From Candidatus Arthromitus sp. SFB-mouse-Japan (GTDB lineage: Bacteria > Bacillota > Clostridia > Clostridiales > Clostridiaceae), in contig NC_015913.1 of assembly GCF_000270205.1 (NCBI RefSeq), positions 270,001 to 302,000 on the forward strand: a stretch of DNA of 32,000 bases, written 5' to 3'. Both the position numbers and the translations under genes were made by a program. Of the stretch, positions 8,720 to 18,057 are shown one piece after another. Position 1 is the stretch's first letter. Every line of letters begins with the position of its first letter. The notes beneath the pieces were generated by a model. It ran no database searches and was not told the origin of the DNA. It was given only the letters and a program-made list of their open reading frames with translations.

Positions 8720-9967
8720 ATGGAAAATATTTATTTATTAAGAAGAAAGAAGCTCTCATCTAATATGAGAAATGGCGATATGTGTATAATTTTTTCAGGT
8801 AAACAAGTTAGGATAAGTAGAGATGAATATTATGAGTTTAACACTAATAAGAACTTTTACTATCTTACTGGACTTAAAGATGAGAATCTTATATTATTTA
8901 TAAGGAAGATAAATGGGGATGTTAAATCTACACTTTTTATAGAAAATAGACCAGAAGATATGATTAAGTGGATAGGAAAGACAATTTTAAAAGATGAGGC
9001 TATTTCTATAAGTAGTGTTGATGAGGTGATTTATATAGATGAGTTTTATTCGTTTTTAAATAATATAATCCTTGAGGAAGAATCTCCAACTGTGTATTTT
9101 GATTTTGATAGGGATGATTATAGACATGCCCATATTTATTCTGAGGAGTGTGCAAATAAGCTTAAGGTAAAGTATCCCCATGTGGATATTAAAAATATAT
9201 ATGTACATATTAAGAATCTTAGGATTATAAAAGATGATTATGAAATTTCAAAAATTAAGGGAGCTATTGATATAACAAGACTTGGGATACTTAACATAAT
9301 GAGGAATTTAAAACCTAATATGTATGAGTATCAAATAGAATCCTATTTTGATTATATGATAAAATATAGTGGAGCAAATGGATATGCATTTAAGTCTATT
9401 GTGGCTTCTGGGGAAAATGCAGTTATTTTACATTACATAGAGAATGATAATAAAATTAAAGATGGAGATTTAGTTTTATTTGATTTAGGAGCTGAGAAAG
9501 ATTTTTATAGAGCTGATATATCTAGAACTTTTCCTGCTAATGGAAAGTTTACGGATAGACAAAAGGAAATATATAATATAGTTTTAAATGCTCAGCTTAA
9601 AGTTATTGATGCGATTTGTCCTGGAGTTTCTCAGAGTGATTTAAATGAGATTGCTAAGGAGAATTTATATTTGGGGCTTAAAAAAATAGGTAAGATAGCT
9701 AATAGGGAAGAGTTATCTAACTATTATTATCACGGAATAGGGCATTTACTTGGACTTGATACTCATGATGTTGGTGGAAGAGATTTTGTATATAAAGAGG
9801 GAATGGTTGTAACTGTTGAGCCAGGTCTTTATATAAAAGATGAGGGTATAGGAATTAGGATAGAGGATGATATCTTAGTTACAAAAGATGGTCATGAGGT
9901 TTTGTCTAGTGGTATAATTAAAACCGTTGATGAGATTGAAGGATTTATGCGAGAGAATTGTAATTAA
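8720..9967 (+). CDS. M24-family Xaa-Pro aminopeptidase/dipeptidase
   Basis: 415 aa with the pita-bread fold metal-ligand motifs DLVLFDLGAEKDFYRADISRT, HGIGHLLGLDTHD, VEPGLY and IRIEDD. AGGAGGGG SD. Confidence 0.9.
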   Translation: MENIYLLRRKKLSSNMRNGDMCIIFSGKQVRISRDEYYEFNTNKNFYYLTGLKDENLILFIRKINGDVKSTLFIENRPEDMIKWIGKTILKDEAISISSVDEVIYIDEFYSFLNNIILEEESPTVYFDFDRDDYRHAHIYSEECANKLKVKYPHVDIKNIYVHIKNLRIIKDDYEISKIKGAIDITRLGILNIMRNLKPNMYEYQIESYFDYMIKYSGANGYAFKSIVASGENAVILHYIENDNKIKDGDLVLFDLGAEKDFYRADISRTFPANGKFTDRQKEIYNIVLNAQLKVIDAICPGVSQSDLNEIAKENLYLGLKKIGKIANREELSNYYYHGIGHLLGLDTHDVGGRDFVYKEGMVVTVEPGLYIKDEGIGIRIEDDILVTKDGHEVLSSGIIKTVDEIEGFMRENCN

Positions 9968-9981
9968 TTATTGGAGGTAAA

Positions 9982-10776
9982 ATGGATAAAATATTGTTTC
10001 CTAATCTTGGGTTGGAATTTACAGTAAATAAGATTGCGTTTTCTATCTTTGGTATAGATATCGCTTGGTATGCTATTTTAATTACTTTGGGTATTATAAT
10101 AGCTATGATAATTTCATATAGAAATGCGAAGAAGATTGGGCTAGATACGGAGAAGTTTATGGATATGTTTTTCTATATGATAGTATTTGGAGTAATAGGT
10201 GCTAGGATTTATTACGTGTTATTTAATTTTAGTTTATATAAAGATGATCTTTTAAGTGTGTTTAATATAAGAGAGGGAGGAATTGCAATCTATGGTGCGA
10301 TATTGTTTGGAGTTTTAACAGTTTTTATTTACACGAAGATTAGGAAACAGAAATTTTTAGATTGTACAGATTGTATAGTACCTGGACTTGCACTTGCTCA
10401 AGGAATAGGTAGATGGGGTAATTTTGTAAATCAAGAGGCATATGGATATGAAACGAATTCTTTATTTGGCATGAGTATTGTTGAAAATGGAAGAACCATA
10501 ACTGTTCATCCAACTTTTTTGTATGAGAGTATGCTTAATATATTTGTATTTATTGTTTTGATGATATTTTTTAATAAGTATAGGAAAAATAGTGGAGAGG
10601 TAACCTGTATATATGGAATATTATATGGAACTGGAAGATTTTTTATAGAAGGTATGAGGACAGATAGTTTATATTTAGGTATGTTTAGAGTGTCTCAAAT
10701 TGTTTCTTTAGCGTTTGTGATTATTGGAGTTGCTTTATTTATATATTTAAGAGTTAAATCTACTAAAAAGGCTTAA
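9982..10776 (+). CDS. lgt: Prolipoprotein diacylglyceryl transferase
   Basis: 264 aa and polytopic, with the Lgt signature GRWGNFVNQEAYG and the conserved GARIYYV and GGIAIYG segments. Confidence 0.95.
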   Translation: MDKILFPNLGLEFTVNKIAFSIFGIDIAWYAILITLGIIIAMIISYRNAKKIGLDTEKFMDMFFYMIVFGVIGARIYYVLFNFSLYKDDLLSVFNIREGGIAIYGAILFGVLTVFIYTKIRKQKFLDCTDCIVPGLALAQGIGRWGNFVNQEAYGYETNSLFGMSIVENGRTITVHPTFLYESMLNIFVFIVLMIFFNKYRKNSGEVTCIYGILYGTGRFFIEGMRTDSLYLGMFRVSQIVSLAFVIIGVALFIYLRVKSTKKA

Positions 10777-10812
10777 TAGCTCACATAAATGTGAGCTATC
10801 TTTATTTTTTGA
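10776..10812. terminator. Hairpin terminator between convergent lgt and the Ser/Thr-rich protein gene
   Basis: ATAGCTCAC (10776-10784) pairs with GTGAGCTAT (10791-10799), followed by CTTTATTTTTT. It lies in the 43-nt gap between convergent genes. Confidence 0.6.
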
Positions 10813-10819
10813 ATTTGAC

Positions 10820-11482
10820 TTATTTTGTTTTAAAGCTGAAATGTTTTTGAAGCTTTTGGCTAGCTTTCGTAAGATCCGACTTACTTGTATCAACTGCAGA
10901 TTCTATAGTAGTTTTACCAGTAGTACTATCTTTTGATACATTTAATCTTAAAGTTGATGTTTGTGTGTCTTTGCTTTGAGTAGTGCTTGTTTGTGTAGAT
11001 TGATTTTTAGTTAATGGACTTTTTGATGATGTTGCAACTTGTTTTTCCACTGCCATTATTTGTTTCGTTGCAGGAGAGTGTTTTTTAACAGTTGTATCAA
11101 ATGCAGAGTTATCTACAAGAGAATCAGATTTAGGTGTTCCTTGATAAGCTGATCCATTTGATGTTGTAGATCCTGTATTTATAGATCCTTTTGATCCATT
11201 CAAGCCTCTAGATGTAGTTACAGTAGCACTACTATTACCAGCCTTAAATTTTGAGAACCCTTTATTATTTACAGTTGATACAGATTTTTGAATACCCTGA
11301 TAAGCTGATCCATTTGATGTATTTAATCCAGTAAATATAGCTTTAAGTCCACCTAAGATTCTCATAGCTTTAGCATCTTTCATATTTGATGCTGCGATTG
11401 ATCCTGCACCGATAGCTGCTATTCCTGCAAGAGTAAGTGCTACTGCTTTTGTTGCTTTAGAGTTTTTTGTTTTTTTGTTCAT
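10820..11482 (-). CDS. Hypothetical exported or membrane-anchored Ser/Thr/Gly-rich low-complexity protein with an internal duplication
   Basis: AAGGAG SD. The N-terminus is K-rich, followed by a hydrophobic segment (AVALTLAGIAAIGAGSIAA), consistent with a signal peptide or anchor. TSNGSAYQG occurs twice, 52 residues apart. The rest is S/T/K/Q-rich and probably disordered. Confidence 0.65.
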   Translation of the reverse strand: MNKKTKNSKATKAVALTLAGIAAIGAGSIAASNMKDAKAMRILGGLKAIFTGLNTSNGSAYQGIQKSVSTVNNKGFSKFKAGNSSATVTTSRGLNGSKGSINTGSTTSNGSAYQGTPKSDSLVDNSAFDTTVKKHSPATKQIMAVEKQVATSSKSPLTKNQSTQTSTTQSKDTQTSTLRLNVSKDSTTGKTTIESAVDTSKSDLTKASQKLQKHFSFKTK

Positions 11483-11670
11483 AAAAATTCTCCTTTTTAT
11501 TATGGTTACTCTAAAATTATCGTTAAATGTTGTTGTAGATTTATGGTAAGTTCTAAAATAAAAATTTTAAATTGTTTTATTTTATTTTTTATAGTGATAA
11601 AATAGATTATAAGTTTCTTTAGGAGGTGCAGGGGTATTTATAAAAATCTGTTTATAGGTACTATTTAATT

Positions 11671-12792
11671 ATGGATAGAGATAATAAGATCATGGAAGAA
11701 TCACTTAATTTTAAAAAAATTAGAAAAGGAACAATATTAAAAGGAGAGGTTGTATCATCATATAAGGATGAGGTTGTTGTTAATATAAATTATTTTTGTG
11801 ATGGAATAATAAAGAAAGATGAACTTTTGAGTGAAAACTATGAAAAAGGGAGTATTATCGATGTTTATGTCGTATCTCTTGATGATGGATTTGGAAATGT
11901 AGTGCTTTCTGAGAAAAAAGCTAATTACATAGTTGTTTCAAATGAGCTTAAGGATATATTAAAAAGTGGGAGTAGGGTTTCTGTTTACGTTAAAGATAGA
12001 GTCGATTCTGGGCTTATCTGTGATTACAAAGGAATTCGTGGATTTATACCAGGATCTAGAGTATCAACGCATAGGATTGATTTAAATGATTATATAGGGA
12101 AAACTTTGGAAGCTATACTTATAGAACTCGATTTAAATAAAAATAGAGTTATATTTTCATCTAAGGAAATTGAAGTAGAGAGAAAAGAGGAAGAGAAAAG
12201 GAAATTTTTTAAATCTTTAAGTGTAGGAGATAAATTTTTAGGTACGGTTAAGAGCGTGAAAGATTTTGGAGCATTTATAGATATTTCAGGATTTCCAGCA
12301 TTCATACACAAGTCAGAAGTTTCGAATAAACACAAATTTGATATTAACGATATATTAAAAGTATCGAAGAAGGTAAGTGTATCTATACTAAGAATTGATG
12401 AGGAAAATAATAAATTATATTTAACTATGAAAGAATCTAATTATAACCCATATCTTGAATACAAAAATGATTTTGTTGAAGGGAATGTATATGATGTAGA
12501 TGTAATTAAAATATTACCTTATGGTCTTGTAGTATCTTTGAATGATTATCTTACAGGATTTATTCATATAAGTGAGATTTCAAATGAGATTTTAGATTTA
12601 AATAAATTATTTAAAATAGGAGATAGCATAAAAGCAAAAATAACTTCAATTGACCATGATGAAAAGAAAATATTTCTAAGTTATAAGGATATAGATGAAT
12701 GCACAAATTATGAAAAAGGATATACTGATAAGGATACCTCAAATAATACTCTAGGAGATGTTTTTAAAGATATATTTTCTAAATTAATGTAA
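11671..12792 (+). CDS. S1 RNA-binding domain protein (ribosomal protein S1-like, four S1 repeats)
   Basis: 373 aa with repeated S1 OB-fold signatures (GTILKGEVVS..., GTVKSVKDFGAFIDISGFPAFIHKSEVS, GNVYDVDVIKILPYGLVVSLNDYLTGFIHISEIS, GDSIKAKITSID). The ATG at 11671 has only a weak SD. Confidence 0.85.
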   Translation: MDRDNKIMEESLNFKKIRKGTILKGEVVSSYKDEVVVNINYFCDGIIKKDELLSENYEKGSIIDVYVVSLDDGFGNVVLSEKKANYIVVSNELKDILKSGSRVSVYVKDRVDSGLICDYKGIRGFIPGSRVSTHRIDLNDYIGKTLEAILIELDLNKNRVIFSSKEIEVERKEEEKRKFFKSLSVGDKFLGTVKSVKDFGAFIDISGFPAFIHKSEVSNKHKFDINDILKVSKKVSVSILRIDEENNKLYLTMKESNYNPYLEYKNDFVEGNVYDVDVIKILPYGLVVSLNDYLTGFIHISEISNEILDLNKLFKIGDSIKAKITSIDHDEKKIFLSYKDIDECTNYEKGYTDKDTSNNTLGDVFKDIFSKLM

Positions 12793-12814
12793 TAAGAGAG
12801 AGGAAGTTGTTACT

Positions 12815-14269
12815 ATGAGTAGAGTTTTAGATAATATTGAACCAAGGGAAGTTTTTAAATATTTTGAAGATATAAGTATGATACCAAGACCATCTAATGA
12901 TGAAAAAAGAATAAGTGATTATTTAATGAATTTTGCAAAAGAATTGGGTATAGAAGTTGTTCAAGATAAAAGTTTAAATATATACATGAGAAAGCCTGCC
13001 ACTAAGGGATATGAAAATGGTAAAACTGTTATATTACAAGGTCATATGGATATGGTTTGTGAGAAAAATGAGGGGATAGATCATGATTTTTATAAAGATC
13101 CATTAAAGCTTAGAATTATTGAAGATAAAATTTATGCAACTGATACTACTCTTGGAGCTGATAATGGTATAGCTGTTGCATATATTATGGCTATAATGGC
13201 ATCTAAAGATATTGAGCATCCAGAGATAGAAGCTCTTATAACTGTAGGCGAGGAAACTAGTATGGTTGGGGCTAAGAGTTTTGAGCCTAAATTTTTTAGA
13301 GGTAAATATTTAATTAATATAGATTCCGTGGATGATTCTAATCTTTTAGTTAGTTGTGCAGGTGGTTTGCGTGCAATTGTTATGAAAAAAGTTACAACTG
13401 AAGAGTTAAATGGGTGTGTTATAAGTATAAAAGTTAAGGGACTTAGAGGAGGACACTCAGGTATTGATATAAATAAGGAAAGAGGGAATGCAAACAAAAT
13501 TTTGTCAAGAATTTTGATAAATGTTGAGAAAAATTATTCTAATATAAACATAGTGTCTATATCGGGTGGAGCAAAAGATAATGCAATTCCAAGAGAAGCT
13601 AAGTGTGAAATTAGGGTAGATAAGGAGGATATAGATAATGTAATACTTTCTATTAAGTCTGCAGAAGATGTTATTAGAGGTGAGTTAGAAGGAGAAGAAA
13701 ATTTTTTCGTAGAAGTTTTTAAAGAAGATATTCCTCTTAGACCTGATATGATAAACTCCAAAGATTCTAAGGATTTAATAGAACTTATGTATCTTATGCC
13801 TAATGGTATTATATCAAATTCTGTAGATATAGAAGGCTTGGTTGTGACATCAAATAACTTTGGAGTTATAGAGTATGATGGAGAAACTGTGATACTTAAA
13901 AACGCAGTTAGAAGTTCAATAGGGTCTGCAATGTATAATGTTGCTCGTGAGATAGATGTATTAAGTAGAGCTTTTAGAGCAGTTACAAAAGAATCTTCTC
14001 CATATCCTGGATGGAAATATGAAAAAGATTCAAAACTACGCGATATATCACAAGAAGCATATAGGGAGATATTTGATGGTGAAATGGGAATTTATGCTAT
14101 TCATGCTGGAGTTGAATGTGGTATTATAAAGGAAAAATTGCCAGATTTAGATATGGTATCTTTTGGCCCACTAGTTAAAGATAACCATACACCAGGGGAA
14201 TGGGTTTCTATTTCTTCAACAGGTAAAGTATGGACTTTATTGAAAGGAATATTAAAGAAAATAAAATAG
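12815..14269 (+). CDS. pepD: Aminoacyl-histidine (Xaa-His) dipeptidase, M20 family
   Basis: 484 aa with the motifs LQGHMDMVCEKN, TTLGADNGIAVA, GEETSMVGA and IHAGVECG, characteristic of PepD-type M20C peptidases. Confidence 0.9.
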   Translation: MSRVLDNIEPREVFKYFEDISMIPRPSNDEKRISDYLMNFAKELGIEVVQDKSLNIYMRKPATKGYENGKTVILQGHMDMVCEKNEGIDHDFYKDPLKLRIIEDKIYATDTTLGADNGIAVAYIMAIMASKDIEHPEIEALITVGEETSMVGAKSFEPKFFRGKYLINIDSVDDSNLLVSCAGGLRAIVMKKVTTEELNGCVISIKVKGLRGGHSGIDINKERGNANKILSRILINVEKNYSNINIVSISGGAKDNAIPREAKCEIRVDKEDIDNVILSIKSAEDVIRGELEGEENFFVEVFKEDIPLRPDMINSKDSKDLIELMYLMPNGIISNSVDIEGLVVTSNNFGVIEYDGETVILKNAVRSSIGSAMYNVAREIDVLSRAFRAVTKESSPYPGWKYEKDSKLRDISQEAYREIFDGEMGIYAIHAGVECGIIKEKLPDLDMVSFGPLVKDNHTPGEWVSISSTGKVWTLLKGILKKIK

Positions 14270-14308
14270 TATTGTATTAGTTAAGATAGGGAAAATGGAG
14301 GATTTTTA

Positions 14309-15109
14309 ATGAAGACTTCAAAAATTAAGGGTAGGCGTGAAAACTTTGGTATCAAGGATTTAATGTTTATAATTTCTATGGCAAATTTACTAGTTTATGT
14401 ATTATCAGTTTTCGGGAATACTAATTTGTCATTAGCTCTTGCACTTATTCCCGAAAAAGTTTTACAGGGTGAAGTTTGGAGGATTATAAGCTATATTTTT
14501 ATACCACCAACGTTTAATCCGTTTTTCTTTGTGCTTGTAATATATTTTTATGTATTTATAGGACGAGAACTTGAAAGATATTGGGGTACATTTAAATTTA
14601 ATATATATTATTTTACTGGTGTAGCAATAATATCTTTAGTATCTATGGTATTTAATGTACCTGTTACAAGTGTTTCAAATTTAAATATGTCATTATTTTT
14701 AGCTTATGCAATATTAAATTCCGAACACATAGTTTATTTGTTTATGATTATTCCAGTTAAGATGAAATATCTTGCTATAGTTATGTCGACTATTATTGTA
14801 TATGATTTTATAAATGCGGGATTTTGGCAACTTAGAATTGTAGTATTAGCACCTATTATCAATCTTCTTATATTTTTTGTACCACGTTTTATTAAGAATA
14901 CATCAAGTGGTGTTAAAGCAAGAAAACGAACACAGGAATTTGAAAGCAAAGTACTTAAGTTTGAAAAGGAGGATTCTTTTATACACAAGTGCTATATTTG
15001 CGGTAAAACCGATAGAAGCGATGAGAATATGGAGTTTAGATATTGTTCTAAATGTAATGGACATTATGAGTATTGTAATGATCATATTTTTGATCATGAA
15101 CATAAATAA
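14309..15109 (+). CDS. Rhomboid-like polytopic membrane protein (catalytic dyad not evident) with a C-terminal Cys/His zinc-ribbon tail
   Basis: Rhomboid-type motifs GEVWRIISYIFIPP and FIGRELERYWGTFKFNIYYFTG are present. No GxSG or downstream His-containing TM motif was seen. The C-terminus is CYICGK...YCSKCNGHYEYCNDHIFDHEH. Confidence 0.6.
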   Translation: MKTSKIKGRRENFGIKDLMFIISMANLLVYVLSVFGNTNLSLALALIPEKVLQGEVWRIISYIFIPPTFNPFFFVLVIYFYVFIGRELERYWGTFKFNIYYFTGVAIISLVSMVFNVPVTSVSNLNMSLFLAYAILNSEHIVYLFMIIPVKMKYLAIVMSTIIVYDFINAGFWQLRIVVLAPIINLLIFFVPRFIKNTSSGVKARKRTQEFESKVLKFEKEDSFIHKCYICGKTDRSDENMEFRYCSKCNGHYEYCNDHIFDHEHK

Positions 15110-15111
15110 AA

Positions 15112-15142
15112 AAATAATCGGATTAATATCCGATTATTTTTA
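15112..15142 (+). terminator. Rho-independent terminator
   Basis: ATAATCGGA (15114-15122) pairs with TCCGATTAT (15129-15137), followed by TTTTTA. Confidence 0.6.
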
Positions 15143-15194
15143 TGTAAACTTATAAATAATATAGTAATATATTATTTTATAAGGGGGAATTTTA

Positions 15195-15662
15195 ATGAAA
15201 TTTAAATTACATAACATAAGAGTTTTTGTAGTTGCTCTTATATTTAATCTTTTAGGGGGTTATATTTCAAATAGGTTATCTGGAGATGTTAAGTTATTAT
15301 ATGATTCTTTAGAAAAACCTATATTTGCCATTCCAAGTAATTTATTTCCTATATTATGGGGAATAATTTATGTGCTTATTGCTGTAGCGGTTTATTTAAA
15401 TTATAAAAATGGTGGTAGAAATTTTATTGCATATGTTTTATCTATGCTTGTTAATTTTTCTTGGAGCATTATATTCTTTGGACAAAGACTATATGGGATA
15501 GGATTTTTTATAATATTATTGCTTATTGTGTTTTCTGTATATTTAGGTATAAAATATTTTAAGAATTCAAAAGTTGCATCGTTTATCATGTGTGTGTATA
15601 TAGTTTGGTTAAGTTATGCAGGTGTGCTTAATTATTTTATATGGATGTATAATGAGATGTAA
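15195..15662 (+). CDS. tspO: TspO/MBR family tryptophan-rich sensory protein
   Basis: 155 aa with five TM helices. The segments LEKPIFAIPSNLFPILWGIIYVLIAVAVY, NFSWSIIFFG and VWLSYAGVLNY match the TspO family pattern. Confidence 0.85.
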   Translation: MKFKLHNIRVFVVALIFNLLGGYISNRLSGDVKLLYDSLEKPIFAIPSNLFPILWGIIYVLIAVAVYLNYKNGGRNFIAYVLSMLVNFSWSIIFFGQRLYGIGFFIILLLIVFSVYLGIKYFKNSKVASFIMCVYIVWLSYAGVLNYFIWMYNEM

Positions 15663-15694
15663 TTGATAATTATATCTTAGGAGGAGTTTAATTT

Positions 15695-16852
15695 ATGTTA
15701 ATAAGAAATGGTAAAATCTATACTATGAGTGATAAGGGAATAATAGATGGTGGAGATATTAGAGTTGAGGATGGTAAAATAGTTGATATAGGTAAAGATT
15801 TAGAGATGCGTGATGGAGAAAAGGTTATAGAGCTTAATTCTGAATTTGTATATCCTGGATTTATTGATTCACATTGTCATATGGGATTGTATGAATGGGG
15901 TATGGGATTTGAAGGAGCAGATGGAAATGAAATGACAGATCCTATAACACCACAAATGAGATCAATCGATGCTATAAATCCATTTGATAAGTGCTTTGAA
16001 TATGCAAGAGCAGGTGGAGTTACGACTGTTGTATCTGGACCTGGAAGTGCTAACGTTTGTGGTGGAGTATTTGGTGCTTTTAAAACTTATGGTGAGTGTA
16101 TTGATAAAATGGTAGTCAAAAATCCTATAGGTATGAAGATTGCTTTTGGAGAAAATCCTAAGAGAGTTTATAATTCAAAATCTAAAATGCCGATGACTAG
16201 AATGGGTACAGCAGCTCTTTTAAGATCTTTTATAGTAGAATCCATAAATTACTTAAATAAAAAGAGGAGAGCAGAGAGTGAAAATAAAGTTTTTGATATT
16301 AATTTAAAATATGAAGCTATGATACCTGTATTAAATAGAGAAATACCTCTTAAAGCTCATTGCCATAGAGCTGATGACATTTTAACAGCTATAAGGATTG
16401 CAAAGGAATTTGATTTAGATTTAACACTTGATCATTGCACTGAAGGTCATTTAATTTCTAAATACATAAAAGAGTCTGGATATCCAGCAATTGTAGGACC
16501 AACAATGACCATGGCATCTAAGATAGAACTTAATAATAAAACATTTAATACTCCTAGTGTATTAATTAATGAAGGAATAAAAGTTGCAATAACAACTGAT
16601 CATCCAGTAATAGAGGAGCAGTATCTTGCATTATGTGCAGGCCTTGCTATGAAAGATACAGGACTCAGTGAGATTGATGCATTGCGTGCGATAACTATTA
16701 ATCCGGCAGAAATAGTTAATATACATGATAGGGTTGGTAGCATTGAGATCGGGAAAGATGCAGATATAGTTATATTTAATAAGAGTGCATTAGTATCAGA
16801 TTCAAAATGTTTATATACAATAATTGATGGAAACATAGTTTATAGTGTGTAA
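15695..16852 (+). CDS. Amidohydrolase-family metallohydrolase
   Basis: 385 aa with the N-terminal beta-sandwich (IRNGKIYT...), the HxH metal motif PGFIDSHCHMG, later TTDHPV, and the C-terminal GSIEIGKDADIVIF typical of the amidohydrolase superfamily. The substrate cannot be determined. Confidence 0.85.
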   Translation: MLIRNGKIYTMSDKGIIDGGDIRVEDGKIVDIGKDLEMRDGEKVIELNSEFVYPGFIDSHCHMGLYEWGMGFEGADGNEMTDPITPQMRSIDAINPFDKCFEYARAGGVTTVVSGPGSANVCGGVFGAFKTYGECIDKMVVKNPIGMKIAFGENPKRVYNSKSKMPMTRMGTAALLRSFIVESINYLNKKRRAESENKVFDINLKYEAMIPVLNREIPLKAHCHRADDILTAIRIAKEFDLDLTLDHCTEGHLISKYIKESGYPAIVGPTMTMASKIELNNKTFNTPSVLINEGIKVAITTDHPVIEEQYLALCAGLAMKDTGLSEIDALRAITINPAEIVNIHDRVGSIEIGKDADIVIFNKSALVSDSKCLYTIIDGNIVYSV

Positions 16853-16863
16853 TAATAGGAAAT

Positions 16864-16898
16864 AAAAAATGTAATACTAAATCTGTATTACATTTTTT
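16864..16898 (+). terminator. Rho-independent terminator
   Basis: ATGTAATAC (16869-16877) pairs with GTATTACAT (16885-16893), flanked by an A-run upstream and a T-run downstream. Confidence 0.6.
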
Positions 16899-16926
16899 AT
16901 TATGGTAAGATTAGGAATGATTTTAA

Positions 16927-17970
16927 TTGAAACGTATTGACTTTATAGATGTTTTTAAAGGTATTGGAATATTTTTTGTTATACTTGGACACATGCCAAT
17001 TAAATCTGAATTATTTTCATATGTTTTCTCTTTTCAGTTATCTATATTCTTTTTTGTAGGTGGATTTTTATATAGAGATGCACATTATATAAATTCATTT
17101 TGGGACTATGTAAGTAAGAAATTTAGGAGTATAATCATTCCATATATTATATTTAGCATAGTATCTATGATTATTTATATTTTGTATAGTGATTATCTAG
17201 GGAAAGAGTATGATATTTTAGATATAGTATGGAGTATTTTAATATCAAAGAGAAATGAAATTTATATAAATGTTCCATTATGGTTTTTAACATCATTTTT
17301 TACTGTTGAGATACTCTATTATATATTGAAATGCTTTTTTAACAATTATGTTATTTCGTTTATAATTCTTGTATTTGGTTTTATTGGAGTAGTTATTTTT
17401 AGGACAACAGGTTCTTTAAACACTTTACCATTTAGTTTTGATGCATCATTATATTTTATAATTTATTATTTTATTGGAGATTTATTTGGAGGGATAAACA
17501 AGTATTCGAATAGAGATTATAAGTATTTTTTTAGAAATTTATCTCCTATATTTATTGTTTCAATTATTGTAAATGTAATGAATTTATTAGGAAAGATAAA
17601 ACATGCAGATATTATTTATTATGATTTTGGGTTTATAATTGCCTTAATATCATATTTATTTCATGTATTTATAAGTTTAACAGGTGTTTGTACATATTTA
17701 TATTTATCATATATTTTTAGATGGGTCGGGATAATAAAATTTGTTGGAAGAAATTCAATTTATTATTTTGCTTTTCATATGCCGCTATATCAAATTTTAT
17801 ACAATGAGGGAATATTTGATACTTTGATTGGCAATTATTTGACGTATGATATTAATTTAAATCTAATTGGGATTATTTATTCTATTATAATCATATTGAT
17901 TTTGACAATGCCTGTTTTATTGATAAATTTATACAAGAGTTTAATATATAAAATTAAAACATCTATATAG
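16927..17970 (+). CDS. Acyltransferase family 3 integral membrane protein
   Basis: 347 aa with about 10 predicted TM helices. The N-terminal IDVFKGIGIFFVILGHM is typical of the acyltransferase_3 family. TTG start. Confidence 0.8.
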   Translation: MKRIDFIDVFKGIGIFFVILGHMPIKSELFSYVFSFQLSIFFFVGGFLYRDAHYINSFWDYVSKKFRSIIIPYIIFSIVSMIIYILYSDYLGKEYDILDIVWSILISKRNEIYINVPLWFLTSFFTVEILYYILKCFFNNYVISFIILVFGFIGVVIFRTTGSLNTLPFSFDASLYFIIYYFIGDLFGGINKYSNRDYKYFFRNLSPIFIVSIIVNVMNLLGKIKHADIIYYDFGFIIALISYLFHVFISLTGVCTYLYLSYIFRWVGIIKFVGRNSIYYFAFHMPLYQILYNEGIFDTLIGNYLTYDINLNLIGIIYSIIIILILTMPVLLINLYKSLIYKIKTSI

Positions 17971-18057
17971 CTATAGGTGTTTATTTTTTTTAAAAAATAT
18001 GTTAGATTAATTGTTAATGGGTTTATTTAGAATACAGAAAAGGTATTTTTACATATT

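Noticed and set aside
6407-16836. Other antisense or overlapping track ORFs: 6407..6724, 8159..8380, 12090..12335, 13132..13497, 13534..13761, 14734..14988, 14877..15155, 14903..15103, 15401..15589 and 16600..16836
   Set aside because: Each is nested in, or antisense to, a longer CDS with recognisable family motifs (spmA, S1 protein, pepD, rhomboid-like, TspO, amidohydrolase). None has a convincing SD. They are treated as shadow ORFs.
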